DNA of 61,072 nucleotides. Origin: Actinomycetota bacterium. GTDB lineage: Bacteria; Actinomycetota; Actinomycetes; JACCUZ01. Shown in pieces: positions 28,262 through 37,176 of this stretch. The stretch spans positions 1-61,072 of the forward strand of contig JAVEDB010000181.1 in the NCBI GenBank assembly GCA_030841185.1, written 5' to 3'. The position numbers were made by a program, and so were the translations under genes. Position 1 is the first letter of the stretch. The number at the start of each line of letters is the position of its first letter. The notes beneath the pieces are model-generated. The model saw only the letters and a list, made by a program, of their open reading frames with translations, did no database searches and had not been told where the DNA came from.

Positions 28262-28948
28262 CTGTCCGACGAGACCTCGCGGCTGCGCGACGTCGACCCC
28301 GCGGCCCCAGGCGGGACGTATGTTCCCGGCTACTTCGAGACCCGACTATCGCCCAGTGGCAGCCGAACGAAGGTATGGCAGCACCTCTGCATCTACCTGC
28401 AGCGTTGGATCGTCGCCGATGCCGAAGTGCTCGAACTCGGGGCTGGCTGGTGCGATTTCTCCAACCACGTCCGTGCTCGCAGGGTCGTGGCGATGGACAT
28501 CGATGCCACTGTGGTGCAAGCAGCGGCCCCGCACGTAACGCCGGTCGTCGGTGACTGCACGGACCTCAGCAGGTTCGACGCAGCGAGTTTTGACGTCGTT
28601 TTCGCATCCAATCTTCTCGAGCACCTCGAACGGCCAATGGCCTCGCGGCTGCTCGCAGAGGCTCATCGTGTGCTGCGCCCGGACGGCCTGTTGATCCTCC
28701 TGCAACCGAACTTCCGCCTGAATCCGAAGCGCTACTTCGACGACTTCACCCACGTCGCGATCTATACCGACAAGTCGTTGAGCGACTTCCTCACGGCCGA
28801 AGGCTGGACGGTACGCCAGGTCATGCCCCGCTTCCTTCCCCTGACGCTGAAGTCGAAGGCGTCACGTCTGACTTTTGTCGTGCCCTGGTACCTACGCTCC
28901 CCGATCAAGCCGCTCGCCGGGCAGATGCTGGTGGTTGCATCGCGCTGA
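28262..28948 (+). CDS. Class I SAM-dependent methyltransferase (probable non-canonical CTG start)
   Basis: Motif I VLELGAGWCDF, then DVVFASNLLEHL and RVLRPDGLLIL. The first ATG/GTG/TTG (28427) falls exactly at motif I, yet the frame is open and protein-like from 28244. SD GGAGG at 28249-28253 lies 8 nt before the CTG at 28262. Confidence 0.6.
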   Translation: MSDETSRLRDVDPAAPGGTYVPGYFETRLSPSGSRTKVWQHLCIYLQRWIVADAEVLELGAGWCDFSNHVRARRVVAMDIDATVVQAAAPHVTPVVGDCTDLSRFDAASFDVVFASNLLEHLERPMASRLLAEAHRVLRPDGLLILLQPNFRLNPKRYFDDFTHVAIYTDKSLSDFLTAEGWTVRQVMPRFLPLTLKSKASRLTFVVPWYLRSPIKPLAGQMLVVASR

Positions 28949-28989
28949 CACGCAGCGCGTGGTCCCTCAATTCGACGAGTGGGAGGTAG

Positions 28990-29733
28990 TTGATCGTGTG
29001 GAAGGGCCAAACGGTGTCCGTAGTCCTGCCCACCTACAACGAGAAGGACAGCATCGCTGCCACCATTCGTGGTTTCGCGGAGTTGGGTGTGGTCGACGAC
29101 ATTCTCGTCGTGAACAACAACGCTGCCGAGGGCACCTCGCAAGAGGTGGCAACGACGACTGCTCGCGAGGTGGTCGAGACACGGCAGGGCTACGGGGCAG
29201 CCATCCGGCGTGGCCTGAGCGAGGTTGACACCGATCTCGTATGCGTGTGTGAGCCGGACGGCACTTTTAACCCCGAAGACCTGCTCAAGCTGTTGTCCTT
29301 CACGTCGGAGTGCGACTTCGTCGTTGGTTCGCGCACGGTGTCCAACTTCATCTGGGACGGCGCCAACATGGGCTGGTTCCTGCAATGGGGCAACTGGGCC
29401 GTCGCGAAGATGATCGAAGTGCTCTTCAACACCTCCTACCTCAGCGACGTCGGCTGCACCTTCCGGGTCGTTTCGAGGGAGCGCGCCGCCGACATCCTTC
29501 AGCGGTCCACCCTCGACGGCTCCGCCTACGGGCTCGAAATGCTGATGCTCGCAGTCATTCGGCACGCCAAGATTGTGCAGATTCCGGTGAACTACCACCC
29601 CCGTGTCGGCGAGTCCTCAGTCACCGGCGACTTCGGCAAGACCATCTCTCTGGGTCTAGAGATGATGCGTTTGATCCTCAAGATGCGACTGAGGAGTACG
29701 ACGCTGATCCGAGACCCCAGGCTCGTCCGCTAG
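28990..29733 (+). CDS. GT2 polyprenyl-phosphate glycosyltransferase (GtrB/Dpm1-like)
   Basis: VSVVLPTYNEKDSI...VVNNNAAEGT...EPDG motifs. TTG at 28990 follows GGGAGG, and GTG at 28996 is an alternative start. Confidence 0.8.
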   Translation: MIVWKGQTVSVVLPTYNEKDSIAATIRGFAELGVVDDILVVNNNAAEGTSQEVATTTAREVVETRQGYGAAIRRGLSEVDTDLVCVCEPDGTFNPEDLLKLLSFTSECDFVVGSRTVSNFIWDGANMGWFLQWGNWAVAKMIEVLFNTSYLSDVGCTFRVVSRERAADILQRSTLDGSAYGLEMLMLAVIRHAKIVQIPVNYHPRVGESSVTGDFGKTISLGLEMMRLILKMRLRSTTLIRDPRLVR

Positions 29734-29752
29734 ACCCAATGAGTCGTAGCCA

Positions 29753-32173
29753 CTAGCTGTGGGTGTCTGCCAGCGCATACACATCAGCCCAATGAGAGTG
29801 GAACACGCGTCGGGCGTAGGGCTCGAGTGAGGGGGCGTGCGGGCGCGTGTTGTCGACGTAGACCCAGGTGACCCCGAGGTTGCGCAGACTTTGCCACGCG
29901 CTCCAGCTCGGGCTCGCGATGAAACCATCATTGAGCGCGAGAAGCTCGGGCTTCCAGTAGTCCACAGTGATCGAGTCCCGGCCGTGAGGCCCCAACTCCG
30001 CCGACCGCGGCGTCGCGGTCCACCCCTCCAACAGAACCTGACGCTCCGTCAAGGCGGCGGCAATGAAGCGCCTGCTGTCGCAGTGATGAGGAGCCGACGG
30101 GGTCGAGCAATGGCGGTTGGACATCACCATGTCGTCCACACCGGAGTGATCTCGGATCCACCGGGCCGCCCTGATGTGGTCGTTCGACAGTGCAAAGGGC
30201 GTGGCCGGAGTCACCACGCGTGATGGCGGGACGAGCGGATGGTCAAGGCTCCCTGTCGCCAGGGCGAGCAGACCGAGAGCGGAAACGGTCGCTGTGACCG
30301 CCGCGGCCAACCTCGGGCTGCGCCTCCACACCAGCAGGGCTCCCATGGTCACGATGGTGATGATCAACGCGGCAACCAGGGCCAAGGAGGCGCGATGGGA
30401 CCCACCGCGGACGGATTCCAGCTGCGCAACCACCACGACCGTGATACCACCTGCGCAGACGGTCGCGGCGAGCGTCGCCGGCAGCATCGCGGGGTGCCGA
30501 GTCACCAGAAGACTTCCGATACCTGCTGCGACCAAGACGGCTGCCGCGACGAGGAGCAGACCGACGGCGTGAGACATCCCGCCCGCCGGATCGAGATCGC
30601 CCAGGAGGAACGTGGGAAGCAAGGCCATGACGGGTCCCGCGACCGCCCCGATCCCGGACGCCCACCAAAACGGCGAGCCAAGGCGGTCGGCCATCGCGGC
30701 GAACCCGAGAGCGGAGGCCAGAGCAAGCAGGGGGCCGGCGCTGAGTGCGAAGTAACCCTGACTCGAGCCTGGGTGGTCGAACACCACCACAGCAGCCGCA
30801 CCAGCCAGCCCCGCGCCCAGCAGAAGCCACGTCAGCGGGTCCCGGCGGCCATCGCGGGTTCCGACGAGTCCGACCACCCCGGCTCCGCGGGCCAGCACCA
30901 TAGCGAGAGTGACGACGGCCGCGAAGGATGCAGTCAGAGGGCCGTCGATGCCGCCTATCCAGTGGGCCGCCCCCGTCGCACGGGCTGCTCCTCGGAGGTC
31001 GATGTGCAGGCCGGCCTCGGAGCCGCGGAAGACCGCCACCACGTCGAACACGAGACACACCGCGACGATCACGAGATCGGTCGCCAGTCCTCGCGCCCTC
31101 GATGACCGATCCATGATCATCGCGGCGCCGAGCGCAAGAGCCAGGCCGGCAACCACCAGCGGCACGGTGGACCCCTTGAGCCCTCCGGCGGCCACTGTCA
31201 GCGCGGGGAGCACGATTCGTCCCCAGCCGGGCATCTCCCCGCGCCAGCGCATAGCCAGAACGACAACCGTGGCAATCAGCACGGGCGCAGCGAGTCCGAG
31301 GCTCGGCGAGAACGGCGTGATCGGGTAGCCCGGCGTCGCCTTGTGAAAGACGTTGAGCTGGCCACCCATCATCGTCAACAAGGCGGCGACCGGTCCGGCC
31401 CACAGCGTGACACTGAGCCGCAGGGCCGCCGTAGCGACGGACAGAGCCACCACGACTGGCATGATCACCGGCGTGAAACGGGTGAGCGTCTCGTCCAGAC
31501 CGGCACCGGACACGACCGAGACCTGCGCCATCCACGCGTGGCTGAACCAGTGGTAGCCGAGCGCCTCACTCGCGACCCAGGGAAACCGCTCAGGCCCCCG
31601 GTGCGCGAGCTCGGCCATCAACGCTAGATGCAGGTACGTGTCGTTGTGTGGCGCACGGAACCCCGTGGTCCAGGTGAGCGGAACTGCCCGGAAGTAGTCC
31701 CGGAGCGGCAGGACAGCGGCCATCGAGCACGCAGAGACCGCGGGAGCCCACCAGGGAGGCAGCGGGACGGTGCTCGCCGACAGGATGCGAGCCCGACTCA
31801 CGGGCGAACAGAGCAACGCGGCAGCGATCGCCAGGCCGATCCCCGCCGACAGCCATGGCAACCGGGTCAACCCTGCCACCGTCTGCGCTGCCACCGCCAG
31901 GACAGTTCCCAGCGCGAAACCCATCGCAACGTCCTCCAACCACCACCCTCGGGGGGGACGTACGGCCCGCCAAACCAGCACGCCGGGCAGCAGCTGCGTA
32001 AGCAGGACTGCAAGCACTGCGCGGCTGGCGCTTGCCATCGGCAAGCCGGCCCGGTGGCCATAGATGAGGAAGCCCAGAGCCACGATCGCCGGGGACCAGG
32101 CGGCCAGGCTGCTGAGGGCGGGGAGACCGCTGGGCAAGTGCCGAGACGCCGCCGCCCGCAGCCCCGCACGCAA
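29753..32173 (-). CDS. Large polytopic membrane protein, GT-C-like glycosyltransferase candidate (paralog 2)
   Basis: 806 aa. HNDTYLHL..AELAHR...LGYHWFSHAWMAQ and a C-terminal N.HC...CDSRRF...VLLEGW parallel the motifs in 22418-24790. Confidence 0.55.
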   Translation of the reverse strand: MRAGLRAAASRHLPSGLPALSSLAAWSPAIVALGFLIYGHRAGLPMASASRAVLAVLLTQLLPGVLVWRAVRPPRGWWLEDVAMGFALGTVLAVAAQTVAGLTRLPWLSAGIGLAIAAALLCSPVSRARILSASTVPLPPWWAPAVSACSMAAVLPLRDYFRAVPLTWTTGFRAPHNDTYLHLALMAELAHRGPERFPWVASEALGYHWFSHAWMAQVSVVSGAGLDETLTRFTPVIMPVVVALSVATAALRLSVTLWAGPVAALLTMMGGQLNVFHKATPGYPITPFSPSLGLAAPVLIATVVVLAMRWRGEMPGWGRIVLPALTVAAGGLKGSTVPLVVAGLALALGAAMIMDRSSRARGLATDLVIVAVCLVFDVVAVFRGSEAGLHIDLRGAARATGAAHWIGGIDGPLTASFAAVVTLAMVLARGAGVVGLVGTRDGRRDPLTWLLLGAGLAGAAAVVVFDHPGSSQGYFALSAGPLLALASALGFAAMADRLGSPFWWASGIGAVAGPVMALLPTFLLGDLDPAGGMSHAVGLLLVAAAVLVAAGIGSLLVTRHPAMLPATLAATVCAGGITVVVVAQLESVRGGSHRASLALVAALIITIVTMGALLVWRRSPRLAAAVTATVSALGLLALATGSLDHPLVPPSRVVTPATPFALSNDHIRAARWIRDHSGVDDMVMSNRHCSTPSAPHHCDSRRFIAAALTERQVLLEGWTATPRSAELGPHGRDSITVDYWKPELLALNDGFIASPSWSAWQSLRNLGVTWVYVDNTRPHAPSLEPYARRVFHSHWADVYALADTHS

Positions 32174-32175
32174 GG

Positions 32176-32685
32176 TCAGGAGGCCTTCGCGAGGCTCTCA
32201 GTGACCGTCAGAGGGGTCCCTGCATTCACATCGATCACCGGTTGGCTGAACACGTGCGTGCGGTAGGTCCAGAACCGGAAAGCCGTCCCGAGTACGAGCC
32301 CTACGACGTTGGCCGAGATGTTGTCCGCCAACGGTGACTTGAATCCCAGCACATAGTGGGAGAATCCCAAGCAACCAAGGGCGATCGCCGTCCCGATCGC
32401 GCACATCGCAACGAAGAGGACGAACTCGCGGTGGGCGGCTGAGCGACGGCGGTGACGGAACGTCCAATAACGGTTTCCGAGCCAGGACACGACGGTAGCC
32501 AGCGCTGCGGAGATGACCTTCGCCGCAAGAGGCCAGTCGTACAGGGGCCCGTGGCCGCTTTCGAAGCGCAGCAGGTTGAAGCCGCCCACGTCGACGACGA
32601 GCGCCATCAGACCGACGACCCCGAACTTGCTGAACTCGGGGATCAGCCGGCGGAATCGGCGGCTCAGCGAATCGAAAGTGATCAA
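32176..32685 (-). CDS. GtrA-family membrane protein (polyprenyl-phosphate-sugar flippase-like)
   Basis: 169 aa with 4 TM segments. KFGVVGLMALVVDVGGFNLL...WTFR are GtrA signatures. The start is a TTG at 32685. Confidence 0.8.
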   Translation of the reverse strand: MITFDSLSRRFRRLIPEFSKFGVVGLMALVVDVGGFNLLRFESGHGPLYDWPLAAKVISAALATVVSWLGNRYWTFRHRRRSAAHREFVLFVAMCAIGTAIALGCLGFSHYVLGFKSPLADNISANVVGLVLGTAFRFWTYRTHVFSQPVIDVNAGTPLTVTESLAKAS

Positions 32686-32743
32686 GGGTACGCGGTCCTA
32701 TACATGCTCGGAGAAGGGTTTAGTACCCAACGACTGCAGCAGT

Positions 32744-33814
32744 CTACCGTCCGCGGGGACTCGGATCCGACAGGCGCAGCAGGGCGTCCGCCACGCGTTC
32801 GCGCCCTCGACCGTCAACACGCGACCGGCCCCGGTCCGACAGTTCCAGGCGTGCAGTCGGATCGACCGCGAGGCGCCCGAGAACGCGTGTCGCCTCGTCC
32901 CTCGCGGCCTCGTCCTGCTCGAGCTCGGACAGCCGCCCCAGTGGCGCAGCCAGGTCCTCGGCTGCGAGCTGGGCGTAGCCGACCTCCTGGTTGTCGCTGA
33001 CGCAGACCACGGCGGTCGCGGCGCCGAGACACAGGAGCTCCCAGACCGAGGTCCCGGCCGCGCTGATCACCAGGTCGGACTGGGTGACCAGGGCCGGCAG
33101 GTCATCGACTGGAGGGGTTACCGCGAGCTCCTGGCCGGGACCTAGAGGGAGCGATCGCAGCGTCTCGGCCGCGCCGGGTCGACCGGCGACAACGGTCACG
33201 GTCATCGCAGCACCCGTCGACAGCAGTAGCGGCACGATCCGCACCGCGGCGTCGTGCGAGTCCGTCCCCCCGAAGACCGCGAGCACTCGGAGCCGGTCCG
33301 CGGCAGGCTCGGGCGCCGAGGGGAGCAGCGCCCGGCGGGACCGCACGACGTCACGGAGGAGGACGAAATCCAGGCCGGCGAGGACTGTCGCTTCCGGTGC
33401 TGCAGCGCCGGGGCGCTCCGCTCCGAGATTCTGGTCGACGTACACATCGGCCTCCTGCGCTGCGCCGAACGGCCCGTCGAGAAGGGCCACTACGACGACT
33501 CCGCGTGCCCGCAGGGCAGCGCCGCTGTTCGGGTCGAGGTCGTAGCCGTCGAGGACGACTGCCGAGAGCCCGAGCGCGGTGACCATGTCGGCCAGGGCTT
33601 CGGAGTCGTTTCTGACCGGAACGGCGCGCAGGGACCTGGCCACGAGCTGCCGCGCCGCCCACGGCAGCGTCTCGAGGTCCCCGAGGAAGACGACGCCGAC
33701 GCCACGGGAGACCAGTTCCTCCGACAGCGCGATGCAGCGAACGAGGTGTCCCACTCCCGTGCGGGCGACGGCATCGCAGCGGAAGCCCACTACGGGCGCC
33801 CCATCAGGCGTCAC
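32744..33814 (-). CDS. pseG: UDP-2,4-diacetamido-2,4,6-trideoxy-beta-L-altropyranose hydrolase (PseG/SpsG-like)
   Basis: FRCDAVARTGVGHLVRCIALSEEL in a GT-B-like body, set among pse genes. GTG start with GGAGG-N4. Confidence 0.7.
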   Translation of the reverse strand: MTPDGAPVVGFRCDAVARTGVGHLVRCIALSEELVSRGVGVVFLGDLETLPWAARQLVARSLRAVPVRNDSEALADMVTALGLSAVVLDGYDLDPNSGAALRARGVVVVALLDGPFGAAQEADVYVDQNLGAERPGAAAPEATVLAGLDFVLLRDVVRSRRALLPSAPEPAADRLRVLAVFGGTDSHDAAVRIVPLLLSTGAAMTVTVVAGRPGAAETLRSLPLGPGQELAVTPPVDDLPALVTQSDLVISAAGTSVWELLCLGAATAVVCVSDNQEVGYAQLAAEDLAAPLGRLSELEQDEAARDEATRVLGRLAVDPTARLELSDRGRSRVDGRGRERVADALLRLSDPSPRGR

Positions 33815-33962
33815 GGATCCTCCGTCGAGAAGGCGAGAGCGCGGGCAGCCGCCGTCTCGAAGGGCGGCACGGACCGGCTATTCTAGCGCCGCAACAGAGC
33901 CGGACCGGGCGGGCCAGCAGCCACGGCTGGCTGCCCTGACCTCGACAACAGCGGAGTGATCG

Positions 33963-34946
33963 GTGACCATCCTCAACGAGTCGTCCCTCCTGGTCACTGG
34001 TGCGACAGGTTCGTTCGGCAAGGCCTTCATCCGCTACGCCCTGGACAACCTCGACCCGGCACGCCTGGTCATTTTTTCCCGCGACGAGCTCAAGCAGTAC
34101 GAGGTCCGTGCCCTCTTCGGTGACGACAAGAGGCTGCGTTGGTTCATCGGCGATGTCCGTGACCGCGATCGCCTGACCCGGGCCATGCACGGCGTCGATT
34201 ACGTGATCCACGCCGCAGCCCTGAAGCAGGTCGACACCGCCGAGTACAACCCGTTCGAGTACGTCCAGACCAACATCCTGGGATCGCAGCACGTCGTCGA
34301 GGCCGCTATCGACGCCGGGGTACGCAAGGTCGTGGCACTGTCGACCGACAAGGCGTCCAGCCCGATCAACCTGTACGGCGCGACGAAACTCGCCTCCGAC
34401 AAACTGTTCATCTCGGCCAACCACTACGCGGCTGGCCACAACAGCCGTTTCTCCGTCGTGCGCTACGGAAACGTGATGGGCAGTCGCGGCTCGGTCATCC
34501 CCTTCTTCCAGAAGCTGGCGGCCGAGGGCAAGCCGCTCCCGATCACCGACAGCCGCATGACGAGGTTTTGGATCACGCTCCCCCAAGCGGTCGAGTTCGT
34601 CGTCAACTCCTTCGACATGATGGAAGGCGGCGAGCTCTACGTCCCGCGCATCCCGAGCATGCGGGTCACCGACCTGGCGCAAGCAGTTGCTCCCGGCTCC
34701 CCCACGTTCGACATCGGCATCCGACCCGGCGAGAAGTTGCACGAGGAAATGATCTCCCGCGACGATGGACGTCGCACGTTGCGGCTCGCGGACCGCTTTG
34801 TTGTGATGCCCGCAGTGGCGGGCTGGGGCTACACGCCGCCGAGTACGGGCGAACCGGTCCCTGAGGGCTTCGCCTTCCAGTCGGACACGAATGACATGTG
34901 GCTCACGGTCGATGACCTCCGGCAGATGATTGCCGACTTCACGTGA
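33963..34946 (+). CDS. pseB: UDP-N-acetylglucosamine 4,6-dehydratase (inverting), PseB/FlaA1-type
   Basis: LLVTGATGSFGKAF...STDKA..P.NLYGATKL...RYGNVMGSRGSVIP is diagnostic of the PseB/CapD short form. Confidence 0.85.
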   Translation: MTILNESSLLVTGATGSFGKAFIRYALDNLDPARLVIFSRDELKQYEVRALFGDDKRLRWFIGDVRDRDRLTRAMHGVDYVIHAAALKQVDTAEYNPFEYVQTNILGSQHVVEAAIDAGVRKVVALSTDKASSPINLYGATKLASDKLFISANHYAAGHNSRFSVVRYGNVMGSRGSVIPFFQKLAAEGKPLPITDSRMTRFWITLPQAVEFVVNSFDMMEGGELYVPRIPSMRVTDLAQAVAPGSPTFDIGIRPGEKLHEEMISRDDGRRTLRLADRFVVMPAVAGWGYTPPSTGEPVPEGFAFQSDTNDMWLTVDDLRQMIADFT

Positions 34947-36079
34947 GTGCCCTGCTCCCGTACGGCCGCCAGTCGATCAGCGAGGGTGACATCGATGCGG
35001 TAGCCGCCGTCCTACGGGGCGACTGGCTGACCACGGGCCCGGCGGTTGCGGAGTTCGAGCAGGCGCTGGTCAACTTCACCGGCGCAGCGACCTGCGTCTC
35101 GGTGACCAGCGGAACGGCCGCACTGCACGTGGCCTACGCCGCCGCCGGGATCGGCCCGGGGGACGAGGTCGTCACCACACCGCTCACGTTCGCCGCCACG
35201 GCCTCGTGCGCGATCCTGCTCGGCGCCACCGTGGTGTTCGCCGACGTCGAGGAGGACACCGGCAACCTCGACGCTCAGGCGGCCGAGAGTGCCGTGACGA
35301 GTCGCACGAAGGTGGTGGCGGCGGTGGACTTCGCCGGCCATCCCGCCGAGATGGATGCGCTGCGCAAGGTGGCCGACGGCGCAGGTGCCCTGCTCATCGA
35401 GGACGCCGCGCACTCCATCGGCTCGCTCTACCACGACCGCAAGGTCGGCACGCTCGCCGACCTGACGACGTTCTCCTTCTTCCCCACGAAGAACATGACA
35501 ACCGGGGAGGGTGGGGCGGTGGCCGCCGTGGACCCCGTCCTGGGACAGCGGGCCGCGCGGTTCCACAACCACGGACTGGTGCGCGACCGCGCCGAGCAGC
35601 GCTACCCGGACGAGGGACCGTGGCACCAAGAGGTCCACGAGGTCGGTCTCAACTACCGGCTCCCCGACGTCCTGTGCGTGCTCGGCACCAGCCAGCTCGC
35701 GCGCATCGACGCCTTCAAGGCCCGCCGGCGCGAGATCTCCAGGCGGTACGACGAGGAGCTGGCCGACCTCGACGGCGTGCGGGTGCCGGCGCGCCGTCCC
35801 TACGTCGACCCGATGTGGCATCTCTATCCGCTGCGCGTGCTCGGCGGGCGCCGCCGCGAGGTGTTCGACAAGCTGCGGGCCGCGGGCATCGGCGTACAGG
35901 TCAACTACATCCCCGTCTACTGGCACCCCGCGTTCGAGGACATGGGCTACCGCCGCGGCATGTGCCCGCGGGCAGAGGCTTACTACCTCGAGGAGATCTC
36001 GCTGCCGATGTTCGTGGACCTCACCGAGGACGACCAGTCGAGAGTCATCGACGCCGTGCGCCGAGCCCTGGCCGGGTAA
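34943..36079 (+). CDS. pseC: DegT/DnrJ/EryC1-family aminotransferase (PseC-type)
   Basis: LPYGRQSI...GDWLTTGP...FSFFPTKNMTTGEGG (PLP-Lys region). The start overlaps the pseB stop by 4 nt. Confidence 0.8.
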   Translation: MSALLPYGRQSISEGDIDAVAAVLRGDWLTTGPAVAEFEQALVNFTGAATCVSVTSGTAALHVAYAAAGIGPGDEVVTTPLTFAATASCAILLGATVVFADVEEDTGNLDAQAAESAVTSRTKVVAAVDFAGHPAEMDALRKVADGAGALLIEDAAHSIGSLYHDRKVGTLADLTTFSFFPTKNMTTGEGGAVAAVDPVLGQRAARFHNHGLVRDRAEQRYPDEGPWHQEVHEVGLNYRLPDVLCVLGTSQLARIDAFKARRREISRRYDEELADLDGVRVPARRPYVDPMWHLYPLRVLGGRRREVFDKLRAAGIGVQVNYIPVYWHPAFEDMGYRRGMCPRAEAYYLEEISLPMFVDLTEDDQSRVIDAVRRALAG

Positions 36080-36096
36080 GACGCGGCGAGCCCGCT

Positions 36097-37176
36097 CTAG
36101 ATGAGGTCCCACGTCAGGGGTGTGCCCCGCCCGGCGTCCCGGCGGAAAACCCGGCCCGCGACGAGGTCGAAGGCGTCCGGCGAGAGGCCGCCTGCCGGCC
36201 GGATCGCCCGGACGTTCGTCGCGGTCACCACGTCCCCAGCGCGAACGTCTTCGACGACGAAGAGAGAGCGGCGGAACCGCAGCCCCTCGGTCTCGGACTC
36301 AGTGGCACCGATGCGGGGGCTACCGAGGGCTCGCCACGCGACTTCCGACTCGCGCACCAGGGTGGCGAGCTCAGCGGGGTCCAGGGAGAACGCCGAGTCG
36401 ACGCCACCGTCGTCGCGCGCCAGCGTCAGATGCTTCTCGATGACCGAGGCGCCCAGCGCGACTGCTGCGATGGCCGCACCGATGCCCATCGTGTGGTCGG
36501 AGAGCCCGACGACTGTGTCGAACGTGTCGGCGAGGACAGGGATGCCCCGCAGGTTGGAGTCCTCGGGTTCGGCCGGGTAGTCCGCCGTGCAGGAGAGCAC
36601 GACGATCTGATCGTTACCAGCTCCGCGGGCCGCGGCAACAGCGGCGTCGATCTCGCCCACCGACGCCATGCCCGTCGAGATGATGACCGGCTTCCCGGTT
36701 GCCGCAGCGAGGCGTATGAGTGGCAGGTCGACGATCTCCGAGGACGCGATCTTGTAGCAGGGCACGTCGAGGTCTTCGAGGAACGTGACCGCGGTGGCGT
36801 CGAACGGGCTTGAAAAGGCGAGCATGCCAAGCTCGCGAGCGAGCTCGAAGATCGGTTTGTGCCAGTCCCAGGGAGTGTGCGCCCGCTCGTAGAGGTCGTA
36901 CAGCCTGTCGCCGCCCCACAGCTCGTGACCCGACGAGATGCGGAACGCCGGCGCGTCCGCGTCGATCGTCATGGTGTCGGCGGTGTAGGTCTGCAGCTTG
37001 ATGGCATGCGCCCCGGCCTCGGCGGCGGCCCGCACGATGGCGAGCGCAGTGTCCAGTTCGCCGTTGTGGTTGCCTGACATCTCGGCGATGACGAACGGCG
37101 GGTGGTCGGCTCCGACGGCGATGCCGCCGATGCGTACGCTGCGGTGCGCTCGTGCACCATCGCTCGACTGCATCAC
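36097..37176 (-). CDS. pseI: Pseudaminic acid synthase (NeuB-family with C-terminal SAF domain)
   Basis: PFVIAEMSGNHNG...AIKLQTY...KIASSEI...IISTGMA...DHT motifs, plus a SAF-like tail. Confidence 0.85.
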   Translation of the reverse strand: MMQSSDGARAHRSVRIGGIAVGADHPPFVIAEMSGNHNGELDTALAIVRAAAEAGAHAIKLQTYTADTMTIDADAPAFRISSGHELWGGDRLYDLYERAHTPWDWHKPIFELARELGMLAFSSPFDATAVTFLEDLDVPCYKIASSEIVDLPLIRLAAATGKPVIISTGMASVGEIDAAVAAARGAGNDQIVVLSCTADYPAEPEDSNLRGIPVLADTFDTVVGLSDHTMGIGAAIAAVALGASVIEKHLTLARDDGGVDSAFSLDPAELATLVRESEVAWRALGSPRIGATESETEGLRFRRSLFVVEDVRAGDVVTATNVRAIRPAGGLSPDAFDLVAGRVFRRDAGRGTPLTWDLI

